This document shows, one piece after another, positions 7,741 to 15,453 of a stretch of 38,142 nt of DNA; within the stretch, counting starts at the first letter, position 1; each line of letters begins with the position of its first letter. The notes below the pieces were generated by a model, which was given only the letters and a program-made list of their open reading frames with translations, did no database searches and had not been told where the DNA came from. This DNA comes from Dehalococcoidia bacterium. Its GTDB lineage: Bacteria; Chloroflexota; Dehalococcoidia; DSTF01; WHTK01. The stretch lies in assembly GCA_036514755.1 (NCBI GenBank), contig DATBWN010000063.1, forward strand, positions 1 to 38,142, read 5' to 3'. A program made the position numbers and the translations under genes.

Positions 7741-8046
7741 TCAAGCCTCGCTGGTGACTCTAATCAACGGCTGCCCAATCTGAACGTCGGCGCCGCAGTA
7801 GGCGGTGAAGCGAACCTGTGCGTCGCCCGGCGCTGTGGCTTCGAATCTAGCAAGGTCACTCTTCGAACCGCGACCCTCGATCTCGAACGAAGAGGGAGAA
7901 AGCACGGCTGGCTCGACTTCGACAACGACTCGCCACGCTTCATCGGCACCGATCCCGTCAATCGACCACTGGTAGACGACTATCTCGCCAATTCCAGCGC
8001 TGCCACGTGGCAGCGCCTGACCGAACGGAATCACGGTGAACCTCAT
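7741..8046 (-). CDS. Small beta-rich hypothetical protein immediately upstream of the PurM-like gene
   Basis: The ORF track gives 7741..8238. Its first 64 codons overlap the IS3 remnant region, so I prefer Met65 (ATG 8046): MRFTVIPFGQ... Its stop lies 2 nt from the PurM-like ATG. Confidence 0.45.
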   Translation of the reverse strand: MRFTVIPFGQALPRGSAGIGEIVVYQWSIDGIGADEAWRVVVEVEPAVLSPSSFEIEGRGSKSDLARFEATAPGDAQVRFTAYCGADVQIGQPLIRVTSEA

Positions 8047-8292
8047 TGGTGAAGCCAGTAACAAGGTTATCAGAGGGGAAGCGTAGTGGACATTGGTCGG
8101 GATTGAAGGAGTAGCTGTGACGAGAAGGCGGCTCACGTAGGCGCCAACGCCTCCAGCGGCCCCGCCATTGCCGTGAAGGTAGTCCTCGGGGCGTGCGTCG
8201 TCAAGATGGCGAGAACGCTTCGGAGGAGAGCTTGACAAGTTGGATTTCTACTCGGCCTCGAATCCGGTGCTCGCTCAGCCTCGTCCATATGT

Positions 8293-8575
8293 CTAAACCC
8301 TGTACACCTTGAGCACTTTGAACCGCCCGGGTGATGGAGACTCGGATCGTTGAGTCCCGGCTCCGGCCGGGATGGGTGCAGGGTACCAGGACGCCTCGTA
8401 CTCCGCCGGCGTGATGGCGACTGCGTCGTACGACGCCTCGGAGGCCCAGGTCGCGCATCAGCCGCTTCACTGTGCAGCGGGGCAACGGCGGTCCCTTCGC
8501 GCTTGAGCTGGCGCGAGAGCTTGCGCACGCCGTAGACGCCGAAGTGCTGAGCGTGCACCTGGCCTACTGCGACTC
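8293..8575 (-). pseudogene. IS3-family transposase (OrfB) remnant, frameshifted and internally deleted
   Basis: Minus-strand frames read ...HAQHFGVYGVRKLSRQLKREGTAVA, then after a frameshift RCTVKRLMRDLGLRGVVRR (OrfB N-terminal HTH region). A third frame reads ...ITPAEYEASWY..., the typical IS3 OrfB C-terminal motif, ending in a stop at 8293. The DDE core is absent. Confidence 0.6.
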
Positions 8576-8580
8576 CAACA

Positions 8581-8885
8581 ATGCCAGCCGGCTACTGCTT
8601 GGTCGCAGCCAGCGTCTCCAACGCCGCGCCAAGCCTCAACCAGACGGTAACGGTGACCGGGACATTGACGTGTGGCGCAGCCGGGGTCGGTGGCGCGCCG
8701 ATGACGGCGACCTGGCACCACCGCACGACCACGTCGACCTGCACGGCGACGAGCGGGCAGAGCGGGGCCGCCTCCTGCAGCAGGTCCATCAGGTCTGCGA
8801 CTCCGGGGTTCTTCGTCCGCATCGACGTCTGCTTCGTTCACGTTGGAAGGCAACACTGCGCCCAGACGGGGTCACGCCCCAGTAG
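8581..8885 (+). pseudogene. 3' fragment of an Ig-like/secreted-protein gene, probable frameshift near the end
   Basis: SVSNAAPSLNQTVTVTGTLTCGAAGVGGAPMTATWHHRTTTSTCTATSGQSGAASCSRSI...FVRIDVCF is protein-like and beta-rich. There is no signal peptide and no plausible start. It abuts the IS remnant. The terminal ...GVTPQ* is in a neighbouring frame (stop at 8885). Confidence 0.35.
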
Positions 8886-9049
8886 GCAATCGCGGTCTCT
8901 CCAGCGCCTCTGCCGTCCAGCCGAAGATCACAAGAGAGGCTCGGAGCCACATGACCTCGTCAGGGGCACGCGCATAGACGCGGTTGTCAGCCACGGCGTA
9001 GACTAGGGCGCGTTGTGCTTTCTTAACAGTGGCTCTGCGAGAAGGCTAG

Positions 9050-10741
9050 ATGTCGGAGCCAAGCAGTCCTAGTAAAGAAAGATCGAGGCACCGGTACTCT
9101 CGGAGAGTCAGTGCCCGCGCAGCCTCTGGTTCTCCGCCCTCATTCTTAACTGATCTCCAGGAGCCTTTCGCATCGAATCCCTTCAGGCTGCTCCGCCTTA
9201 AGGCGGGGGCGTCTGTGGCTGAGATCCAAGTAGCCTTAGCAGAAGCTCGCGTTGCGGCGAGGCTATCAAGCACGCTCGATCCGGAGACAGCACTGGATCG
9301 CGTTCGCCGCGCCCAAACCGAATTGTTGGATTCACCTTCGCGAATACGGCATGCTTCGGCGTGGTTCTACGACCCGCCTAACCTCTTGTTTGCCGGGACT
9401 TTTCAGCCAGACGACGAGGTTCTCAGAGGCTATGAGGAGAGATCCCAGCTTGGTGGTGCCGAAGGAGCGCTTTACTTACATGACGCCGCGAACTGGTATC
9501 TAGCACTGGCGCTTCATGCAGGCAAGCCAGGTCAAATCGAAAGCTTCGCTGCTACTGCACTCGAAAAGTGGGAGCTTTTGCTGTCGTGCCGCGATTTCTT
9601 GGCCACTCAGTCACAGCCAGTTCGATTGTCGCCTAACAGCCAGTCACGATGGCCGGAGCATGTGCTCGGTTCTCTTTCGGCTGCAAATGCTCGGCGGTGC
9701 AGAAACGGTGAAACAGAAAACGTGGTCGCGTGCCTGAACGCACTGCGCGTTTTTGGTTGCGAGCGAGATGAAGTACTTCTGGCTGCAGACGGCGCCTTAA
9801 GTTACCTATCTCAGAAGGTCGCTTCTGGGCTTAGCAATGCGCAGGCCAGCCAAACGGAAACAGTGTCTCTGGCCAATACCCTTGCCGACGATGCCTTTCC
9901 CCTCTTCGAACTTCTAACCGCCCTGGGCGAGGATGCACCCAGTCAATACGCCAGCGTCCTGGATGACGTGTGTTCCTTTTTGCGCGGCATCGCCGTGAAT
10001 CTTCATAACGAAAGAAGCGCCACTCAGACCGCCATTGAAGTCATTGAATGTGCTTTGGATTTAGCGATAGGAGCGACGGAAGAGAAGCTTCTAGCTGACC
10101 GAGCCAACCTTCAGGACCAGCAGAGGCAACAACTCGTGGTTACTGCGCTCAACAACTATGCAGCGCATGTTCAGGAAAAAAGGTGGGACGAAGCGAGCAA
10201 CTCGCTAAGTGAAGCTTCCCGCCACGCGCGCTCGCCCGAAGAATTCGCTTTGGTCCAGGCGGCGAGGAATGCTCTAGAAAAGAGGCGCCGGGGTCTCGTT
10301 GGGGCTTTACGCGGCGTGTTGGGCACCATAGCGGTGATCGGAGTGATCGCGGCCATTCGTTTGGCCGCGAGTTCATCGGACGATGGAACTAGCGCGGGAA
10401 GTTCCCCGGGCTCAGCCCCTCCCGCCATCCAGCCATCCACAAACTCTGAACGAGAGAGACTGGGACAACAGATAGAGTCCAACAAGGCCAGGCTGGCGCA
10501 ACTTGCTGCTCAAGTCGATGGACTCGACAGTCGCCTCAACAGCCTCGAAGCGCAGATGAACTCGATTGTCAGAACCTATGGTGTCGGCAACGCCCTTCGC
10601 GAGCCCGGCTATAGTCAGTACGAATCCCTACGGGCTCAATACAACGGCTTAGTCTCTCAACGAAACACCGTCACTAAGGAATATGACGATCTTCTCTCGC
10701 AGACAAACTTGCTGATAAGCCGTTATAACTCTCTCAGATAA
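9050..10741 (+). CDS. Membrane-anchored coiled-coil protein with N-terminal J-domain-like segment lacking HPD
   Basis: 563 aa. NPFRLLRLKAGASVAEIQVALAEARVAA...ALDRVRRAQTELLDSPSR follows the helix I-III pattern of J domains, but no His-Pro-Asp occurs anywhere. Single TM LVGALRGVLGTIAVIGVIAAIRLAA (KRRRG before it, SSSDDG after it). The C-terminal ~100 aa are heptad-rich (ERERLGQQIESNKARLAQLAAQVDGLDSRLNSLEAQMNS...). Confidence 0.7.
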   Translation: MSEPSSPSKERSRHRYSRRVSARAASGSPPSFLTDLQEPFASNPFRLLRLKAGASVAEIQVALAEARVAARLSSTLDPETALDRVRRAQTELLDSPSRIRHASAWFYDPPNLLFAGTFQPDDEVLRGYEERSQLGGAEGALYLHDAANWYLALALHAGKPGQIESFAATALEKWELLLSCRDFLATQSQPVRLSPNSQSRWPEHVLGSLSAANARRCRNGETENVVACLNALRVFGCERDEVLLAADGALSYLSQKVASGLSNAQASQTETVSLANTLADDAFPLFELLTALGEDAPSQYASVLDDVCSFLRGIAVNLHNERSATQTAIEVIECALDLAIGATEEKLLADRANLQDQQRQQLVVTALNNYAAHVQEKRWDEASNSLSEASRHARSPEEFALVQAARNALEKRRRGLVGALRGVLGTIAVIGVIAAIRLAASSSDDGTSAGSSPGSAPPAIQPSTNSERERLGQQIESNKARLAQLAAQVDGLDSRLNSLEAQMNSIVRTYGVGNALREPGYSQYESLRAQYNGLVSQRNTVTKEYDDLLSQTNLLISRYNSLR

Positions 10742-10756
10742 GGGGAGCAGGTCACC

Positions 10757-11125
10757 ATGGCCGACGATCCCGACGCCTCAGCTCACAATTCCGATAGACT
10801 CGCCGCGATTATTGCGGAGTTGGCGCGAGACATCTGGCGGCTTCATTCAACCGTCGCACGCCTGTCTCAGAGCGGCGAGGCCATGCCAGAAGCTCTTGCT
10901 GCACTGGTGGAGCGTTTACAAGAGGACTTGACAATCAGTGGAATCGAGCTCATCGAGCCCACGGGCCAACCTTACGACAAGAACTCGACCTTTGAAATCG
11001 CTTTCGTGGCCGGGGGCCAAGGTGACTTGTTCATCTCGGAGACGATCACGCCGGGGGTGAGAATCGGAGGGAAACTGGTCGCCAAGCCTAAGGTTGCCCT
11101 CGCAGCAAGGGAGAAGCATCCATGA
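10757..11125 (+). CDS. GrpE-like nucleotide-exchange-factor homologue (short)
   Basis: 122 aa. ISGIELIEPTGQPYDKNSTFEIAFVAGGQGDLFISETITPGVRIGGKLVAKPKVALAARE parallels the E. coli GrpE C-terminus ([24 protein letters not shown]...[22 protein letters not shown]). SD GGGGAG lies upstream. The stop overlaps the next start as ATGA. Confidence 0.6.
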   Translation: MADDPDASAHNSDRLAAIIAELARDIWRLHSTVARLSQSGEAMPEALAALVERLQEDLTISGIELIEPTGQPYDKNSTFEIAFVAGGQGDLFISETITPGVRIGGKLVAKPKVALAAREKHP

Positions 11126-13590
11126 GACAGACGATCGACATAGGCATTGATCTGGGCACAACTAATTCCGCTGTGGCCGTAGTAGACAACGGCCGCCCCA
11201 AGGTGCTGAAGGACGACTATGATAATCAGGAACTTCTCCCATCCTACGTTGCTTTCGGCAGTGACGGGTCGGTTCACTGCGGGAATGCCGCGAGGAACGC
11301 ACTGCTGACTGACCCGGAGAACGCTTTCGAAGGTTTCAAGCGACTACTGGGCACGGCCTGGAGGCGAACGGCGCCGGCAACAGGCGTGTCCTATGGTCCC
11401 GAGGACTTGGCCAGCATCATCCTGCAGGAGCTGAGACGGAGAGCAGCTCAATGGCTGAACAAGGAACCGACGGAAGCGGCCATAACCGTCCCTGCCGTCT
11501 TTGGAGAAGTCGAAAAGCACGCTGTTACCCGTGCGGCCCAGTTGGCAGGGTTTCTCAACGTCACGTTAGTGCAGGAGCCAGTTGCTGCGGGACTTTGCTA
11601 TGGCTGGGACAAAACGTCCGAAGAGCGGCCATTTCTGGTCTACGACATCGGCGGCGGTACGTTCGACGCCTCGCTAATGCAGTGCGTCGGGGGACAACTC
11701 ATAGTATTGGGCCACCTGGGTGAGCACACGCTGGGCGGCCGAGATATGGATGACACGATCGCTGGCCAGATCGTTGCTACTCGTCTCGCCGGAAGGATCG
11801 CACCCGGCGAGCTCAACGAGAAGGCGCTGAGACTGTGCTGTGAGGAGGCGAAGAAGCGGCTCTCAAGTCTACCCTCGGCTCAGATTGCACTCGGTGGGAT
11901 GGTTCGTTCCGTTGACGGCCGAAGCATGGACGATGTCATTCCCATAACACGGGACCAGTTTGAGTCGCTTGTCCTGCCGAAAATCGACCAGACGATAAAC
12001 ATTGTCCTGAGACTGCTGAAAGACGCCGGCGTTGATCCACGCGATTTGGCGTCGGTCATCTTGGTTGGCGGTCCAACTCGTATGCCCATCCTCCGGAGGC
12101 GGCTGGAGGAATCCCTCGGCGCGCCAATACTGACAAAGATCGATCCGATGACAGTCGTGGCCCAAGGGGCCGCGCTCTACGCGGCTTCAATCCTTGGGTC
12201 CGCTCCGTCAGGTGACCGAGGTCAGCAGTTACCACACGAAACGAAGATCAGGCTTGCTTTCGATCCCGTGACGAGTCAGCCCTCTATTCCTGTGGGTATC
12301 GCTGCTGGCGATTCAAGATTCGTAGACGGAACAATGGTCAGGTTTCGGAGGCAGGACGGGTTATGGGATAGCGGTCTCGTGAAGCTGCCGGGCGGCAAAG
12401 GCATCGTGCACGTCATGCTCGCTGATTCGCCGGTCTCCGTCTTCAGTGTGGAGCTATTTGGTCCAGGTGGCGATTCAATTCCAGTGGAGCCGGGTACTTT
12501 CCAGATCACGCGCGGGCTGGCAGCCGCGCCCCCCCCGCTCTCAAGGGCGATAGGCGTCCTCGCAGACAGGCCAGATTCACTCTCGAAAAACGATCGATAC
12601 TCGATCTCGATCATCGCCAGCCGCGGTGAGCCTACGCCTTTCACTCACAGAGCGAAGTTTGTCACGACGAAGCCGCTTGCGCCGGGGTCAATTGAACCAG
12701 TGCTCAACGTGGGCTTCTTTGAAGGCCCTGCTCATGAAGAGAGAACCAATCGCCCAGAGCGGTTTCGCAAGATAGGGGTCGTTCCAATCAAAGGAACGGA
12801 CTTCGAGAGACCGATGCCGGCGGGCACTGAAGTCGAGATAACGATTCGTGTCGAAGCGTCTCACGAGGCTGTGGCCCGCGTCTACGTCCCGTCGATCAGT
12901 AGATACTTTGAAGGCAACTTGCTTGAGTTCGGGCTAGAGGAAACGCCGGTCGCCGAGGAGTTGGAGCTCCGAGTGAACCAGCTGGCGGAGCGTTTGAACG
13001 ACCTTGAAGAGGCTTCGGTCGCCGTAGAGCATTTAAAATCGAGGGTGCTGGAAGCAAGACACGAAATAGAGGCTGCGCGAAGCAGTGGCGCCGACAGTCA
13101 CGCTCGGGCTGTGACCATCTTGGAAAGGATCGAGCTTGAGGCAGATGCCGCAGAGGAGCGAGAAGTGCCGCGTCTCGCCCTCGAAGAGCTGGACGGTTAC
13201 TTGGCCCTCGCCGAAGAGATTGTCTCGAACTACGGCGATCCTGAGCATCTGAGGCGTCTGAACCAGCTGAAGCTAGATGCAGAGCGAGCTCGATCGCGAC
13301 AGGATGTGGAAGAGGCCCGTTCAGTTCGAGGGCGTCTTCTTGAGCTGGTAAGTCTCGTCTATTGGAACCAGCCGGGCGCGTGGGTACAGCGATTCCAAGA
13401 ACTCGCTGCCTTTGAGGGTTACCAGGAACAGGAGAGGGCAAGCGGCCTGATTCAGAGGGGCAGGCAAGCTCTCGAATTGGGGGACATGGACATGCTAAAG
13501 AGGGTAGTGCTCGACTTAATTGGCCTCACCCCGCAAACGACCGAGCCAGGGCCTTGGAGCATGTTTGGCGGAATAGCCAGGGCTAGGTGA
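11122..13590 (+). CDS. Hsp70/DnaK-family ATPase with long divergent C-terminal region
   Basis: 822 aa. Actin-fold/Hsp70 motifs are intact: IGIDLGTTNSAVAVV (phosphate-1), LPSYVAF, FKRLLG, VYDIGGGTFDASL (phosphate-2), VILVGGPTRMPILRRRL (adenosine). After ~residue 360 there is a beta-rich and then a long helical/coiled region that I cannot align by eye to the DnaK SBD. Confidence 0.88.
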   Translation: MRQTIDIGIDLGTTNSAVAVVDNGRPKVLKDDYDNQELLPSYVAFGSDGSVHCGNAARNALLTDPENAFEGFKRLLGTAWRRTAPATGVSYGPEDLASIILQELRRRAAQWLNKEPTEAAITVPAVFGEVEKHAVTRAAQLAGFLNVTLVQEPVAAGLCYGWDKTSEERPFLVYDIGGGTFDASLMQCVGGQLIVLGHLGEHTLGGRDMDDTIAGQIVATRLAGRIAPGELNEKALRLCCEEAKKRLSSLPSAQIALGGMVRSVDGRSMDDVIPITRDQFESLVLPKIDQTINIVLRLLKDAGVDPRDLASVILVGGPTRMPILRRRLEESLGAPILTKIDPMTVVAQGAALYAASILGSAPSGDRGQQLPHETKIRLAFDPVTSQPSIPVGIAAGDSRFVDGTMVRFRRQDGLWDSGLVKLPGGKGIVHVMLADSPVSVFSVELFGPGGDSIPVEPGTFQITRGLAAAPPPLSRAIGVLADRPDSLSKNDRYSISIIASRGEPTPFTHRAKFVTTKPLAPGSIEPVLNVGFFEGPAHEERTNRPERFRKIGVVPIKGTDFERPMPAGTEVEITIRVEASHEAVARVYVPSISRYFEGNLLEFGLEETPVAEELELRVNQLAERLNDLEEASVAVEHLKSRVLEARHEIEAARSSGADSHARAVTILERIELEADAAEEREVPRLALEELDGYLALAEEIVSNYGDPEHLRRLNQLKLDAERARSRQDVEEARSVRGRLLELVSLVYWNQPGAWVQRFQELAAFEGYQEQERASGLIQRGRQALELGDMDMLKRVVLDLIGLTPQTTEPGPWSMFGGIARAR

Positions 13591-14459
13591 AGGGTCCCCT
13601 GCAAGCTGGTCAAGTCATCAATCGCACCTACACGATTGAGGCTCTCGTCGGCACTGGTGCATTTGGTGAGGTCTACCTGGTTTCTCACCGTTTTCTCGGG
13701 CAGCAAGCCCTTAAGGTTCTGAAGGCTGGACCGGAAGCTGGTTTCGAGGATGTTCTAGCAGAGGCGCGACTGCTCGTCGATCTCACTCATCCGAATATCG
13801 TCCGTATCTACGATGCGAACGTCTGTGACGAGTTCGGGAAACCATTCGCATTCATGGCAATGGAATATGCGGAAGGCAGAACTCTTGCCAGCCTGATTTC
13901 CACGAGCATAAGGTTGCCAGATTCAACCGTCGTCTCAATAGGTATGCAGGTAGCTTCAGCTCTTGCGGAGACTCACGCTCGAAACCCGCCACTACTTCAT
14001 CGCGATATCAAGCCCTCCAACGTTCTCATCTTTTCTGAAGTTCATAGCCTTCCCGTTGTGAAGGTCTCGGATTATGGCATGGCCACGACTCTAGATCCCG
14101 AGACTCGCCTTACACGCTCAGCAGGCACGATTGCCTTCGCCCCTCCTGAAATGGCATGGGGCGTTACGGACCAGCGCGGGGATGTCTACAGCCTCGGTGT
14201 AACGCTGTATCGGGCGCTGACTGGAGTTCATCCCTTTCCCTTGACTTCCCCGGAGGAGTTGTCAGCGAGTCGCCAATTTACCCACGTGTTAACTAACGGG
14301 CGAAGGAGCATTGCACCTCCATCAAAGCTCCTCATGCGCCGTTCAAATCAGTTGGACGCCGTTGTAATGAAGTGCCTGGAGTTTGACCTCTTCGCCCGAT
14401 TTCGAGATGGCGCTGAGCTTCTTGGCGCTCTGCGAGACGTGGCGGGTTCCTCTGTGTAG
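13587..14459 (+). CDS. Hanks-type Ser/Thr protein kinase, catalytic domain only
   Basis: 290 aa. GTGAFGEVY (G-loop), ALKVLK (VAIK Lys), HRDIKPSNVL (catalytic loop), SDYG (DFG variant), APPE (APE), DVYSLGVTLY. GTG start overlaps the Hsp70-like stop as GTGA. Confidence 0.88.
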   Translation: MKGPLQAGQVINRTYTIEALVGTGAFGEVYLVSHRFLGQQALKVLKAGPEAGFEDVLAEARLLVDLTHPNIVRIYDANVCDEFGKPFAFMAMEYAEGRTLASLISTSIRLPDSTVVSIGMQVASALAETHARNPPLLHRDIKPSNVLIFSEVHSLPVVKVSDYGMATTLDPETRLTRSAGTIAFAPPEMAWGVTDQRGDVYSLGVTLYRALTGVHPFPLTSPEELSASRQFTHVLTNGRRSIAPPSKLLMRRSNQLDAVVMKCLEFDLFARFRDGAELLGALRDVAGSSV

Positions 14460-14499
14460 CACGCCACGGCGTCGCCCGCTCGTCCTCTTCCTCTGGAAG

Positions 14500-14636
14500 T
14501 GGCACCTGCGGGACGTCTGCCTTCGACGATCTCGTTCGTGATTCCGTCCTCGTCGAAGCGGAAGTGACGTAGAGGCACTCCGCATGGCGAGTTGATGACT
14601 GGGTTCTCGATGATGACCGTCGGGCAACCGATCTCC
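14500..14636 (-). pseudogene. Short N-terminal fragment of a Res-like (type III restriction/helicase-type) protein
   Basis: The minus strand reads IGCPTVIIENPVINSPCGVPLRHFRFDEDGITNEIVEGRRPAG, preceded by a stop. From memory this matches the conserved N-terminus (IENPI-NSPF-EP-RHF-FD-GIT-EIVEGRR) of Res-subunit-like helicases. Similarity is lost after ~40 aa. Confidence 0.35.
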
Positions 14637-14810
14637 TATGCGATGTATCGGCTGGCCGAATCATAAGGCGAACGGCCGCAGACTTAAACTGCCGAACACG
14701 GAAGCGTGTAGGATGGAGGAGTGCTGAAACTACGCTTCGTCCTTACGGCAGGGGCAAGGTCAAGCTTGATGGTCCTCAAGTCCTCAGTTCCAAGGAACAG
14801 GCAGTTTTAG

Positions 14811-15077
14811 ATGAACGCAGGCATTGAAGACAGTGCCGACGAGGAGTCAGACGAGCTACTGTCCTCCGTCCAAGCCGGAATGCTCCTTGGCGTCGGGCCC
14901 GAGAGAATGCGCCAGCTCGCGAACGCCGGTGAAGTGCCGGTCATTCACACACCCCTTGGCAGGCTCTTCCGGATGCGTGATGTGGAGGAGCTGATGGAGC
15001 GGCGCGAAGCTCAGGGAGGTGGGGGGCACTGGCTCGCCCGCTTACCCGCCCGCCTCCGACGTAAGCTCCTCAGTTAG
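14811..15077 (+). CDS. HTH DNA-binding protein (excisionase/MerR-like, divergent third copy)
   Basis: 88 aa. LLSSVQAGMLLGVGPERMRQLANAGEVPVIHTPLGRLFRMRDVEELM. Confidence 0.6.
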   Translation: MNAGIEDSADEESDELLSSVQAGMLLGVGPERMRQLANAGEVPVIHTPLGRLFRMRDVEELMERREAQGGGGHWLARLPARLRRKLLS

Positions 15078-15092
15078 GAGGCACGACTGGGC

Positions 15093-15362
15093 GTGGCGTC
15101 GCACCCCACCATCGAGGCGCACCAATTCAGGCCAGGCGAATCAGGCAATCCTAAGGGCCGGCCTCCGACGCCTCTATTTATTCCTGCCCTCCGCCGCTTT
15201 GGCGTCATGCGTCGGAGCGACTTCGACGAGGTAGACATTTGGAAGTTGAAGGCAAGGGAGGCGATAGCATACAGGCTGTGGCAGCTCGCCCTTCAGGGCG
15301 GCGCGCAAGGATTACGCGCGACGAGGCTGCTGGCGGACCTACTCGATGGCCCCATCAGGTAG
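15093..15362 (+). CDS. DUF5681-like small protein
   Basis: 89 aa. The FRPGESGNPKGRPP motif is characteristic of DUF5681 proteins of phages and islands. AGGAGG lies 11 nt upstream of the GTG start. Confidence 0.55.
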   Translation: MASHPTIEAHQFRPGESGNPKGRPPTPLFIPALRRFGVMRRSDFDEVDIWKLKAREAIAYRLWQLALQGGAQGLRATRLLADLLDGPIR

Positions 15363-15413
15363 CCGAGATGCCTATCGCCGAGAAGCAGATCAACCTGGCG
15401 GGAGCGCCATGAT

Positions 15414-15453
15414 TGACGCCAACGTTGACGCCAACCTGTGCGGCTGACGCCAC
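15414..15453 (+). repeat. TGACGCCAAC x2 plus degenerate third copy (candidate integrase arm-type sites, distal end)
   Basis: TGACGCCAAC-GT-TGACGCCAAC at 15414..15435 and TGACGCCAC at 15445..15453, ~120-155 bp inside the right att core. Same orientation as the left-end copies. Confidence 0.55.

Noticed and set aside
8047-8238. N-terminal 64 codons of ORF 7741..8238
   Set aside because: Low-complexity Gly/Ala/Pro sequence that runs into the IS3 remnant region. An internal Met at 8046 gives a compact beta-rich protein. The longer form cannot be excluded.
8886-9010. Minus-strand peptide ALVYAVADNRVYARAPDEVMWLRASLVIFGWTAEALERPRLPTGA* (possible C-terminal gene fragment)
   Set aside because: It has no start codon or N-terminal part and I recognise no family. 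It is probably another remnant at the IS junction, but I cannot support a call.
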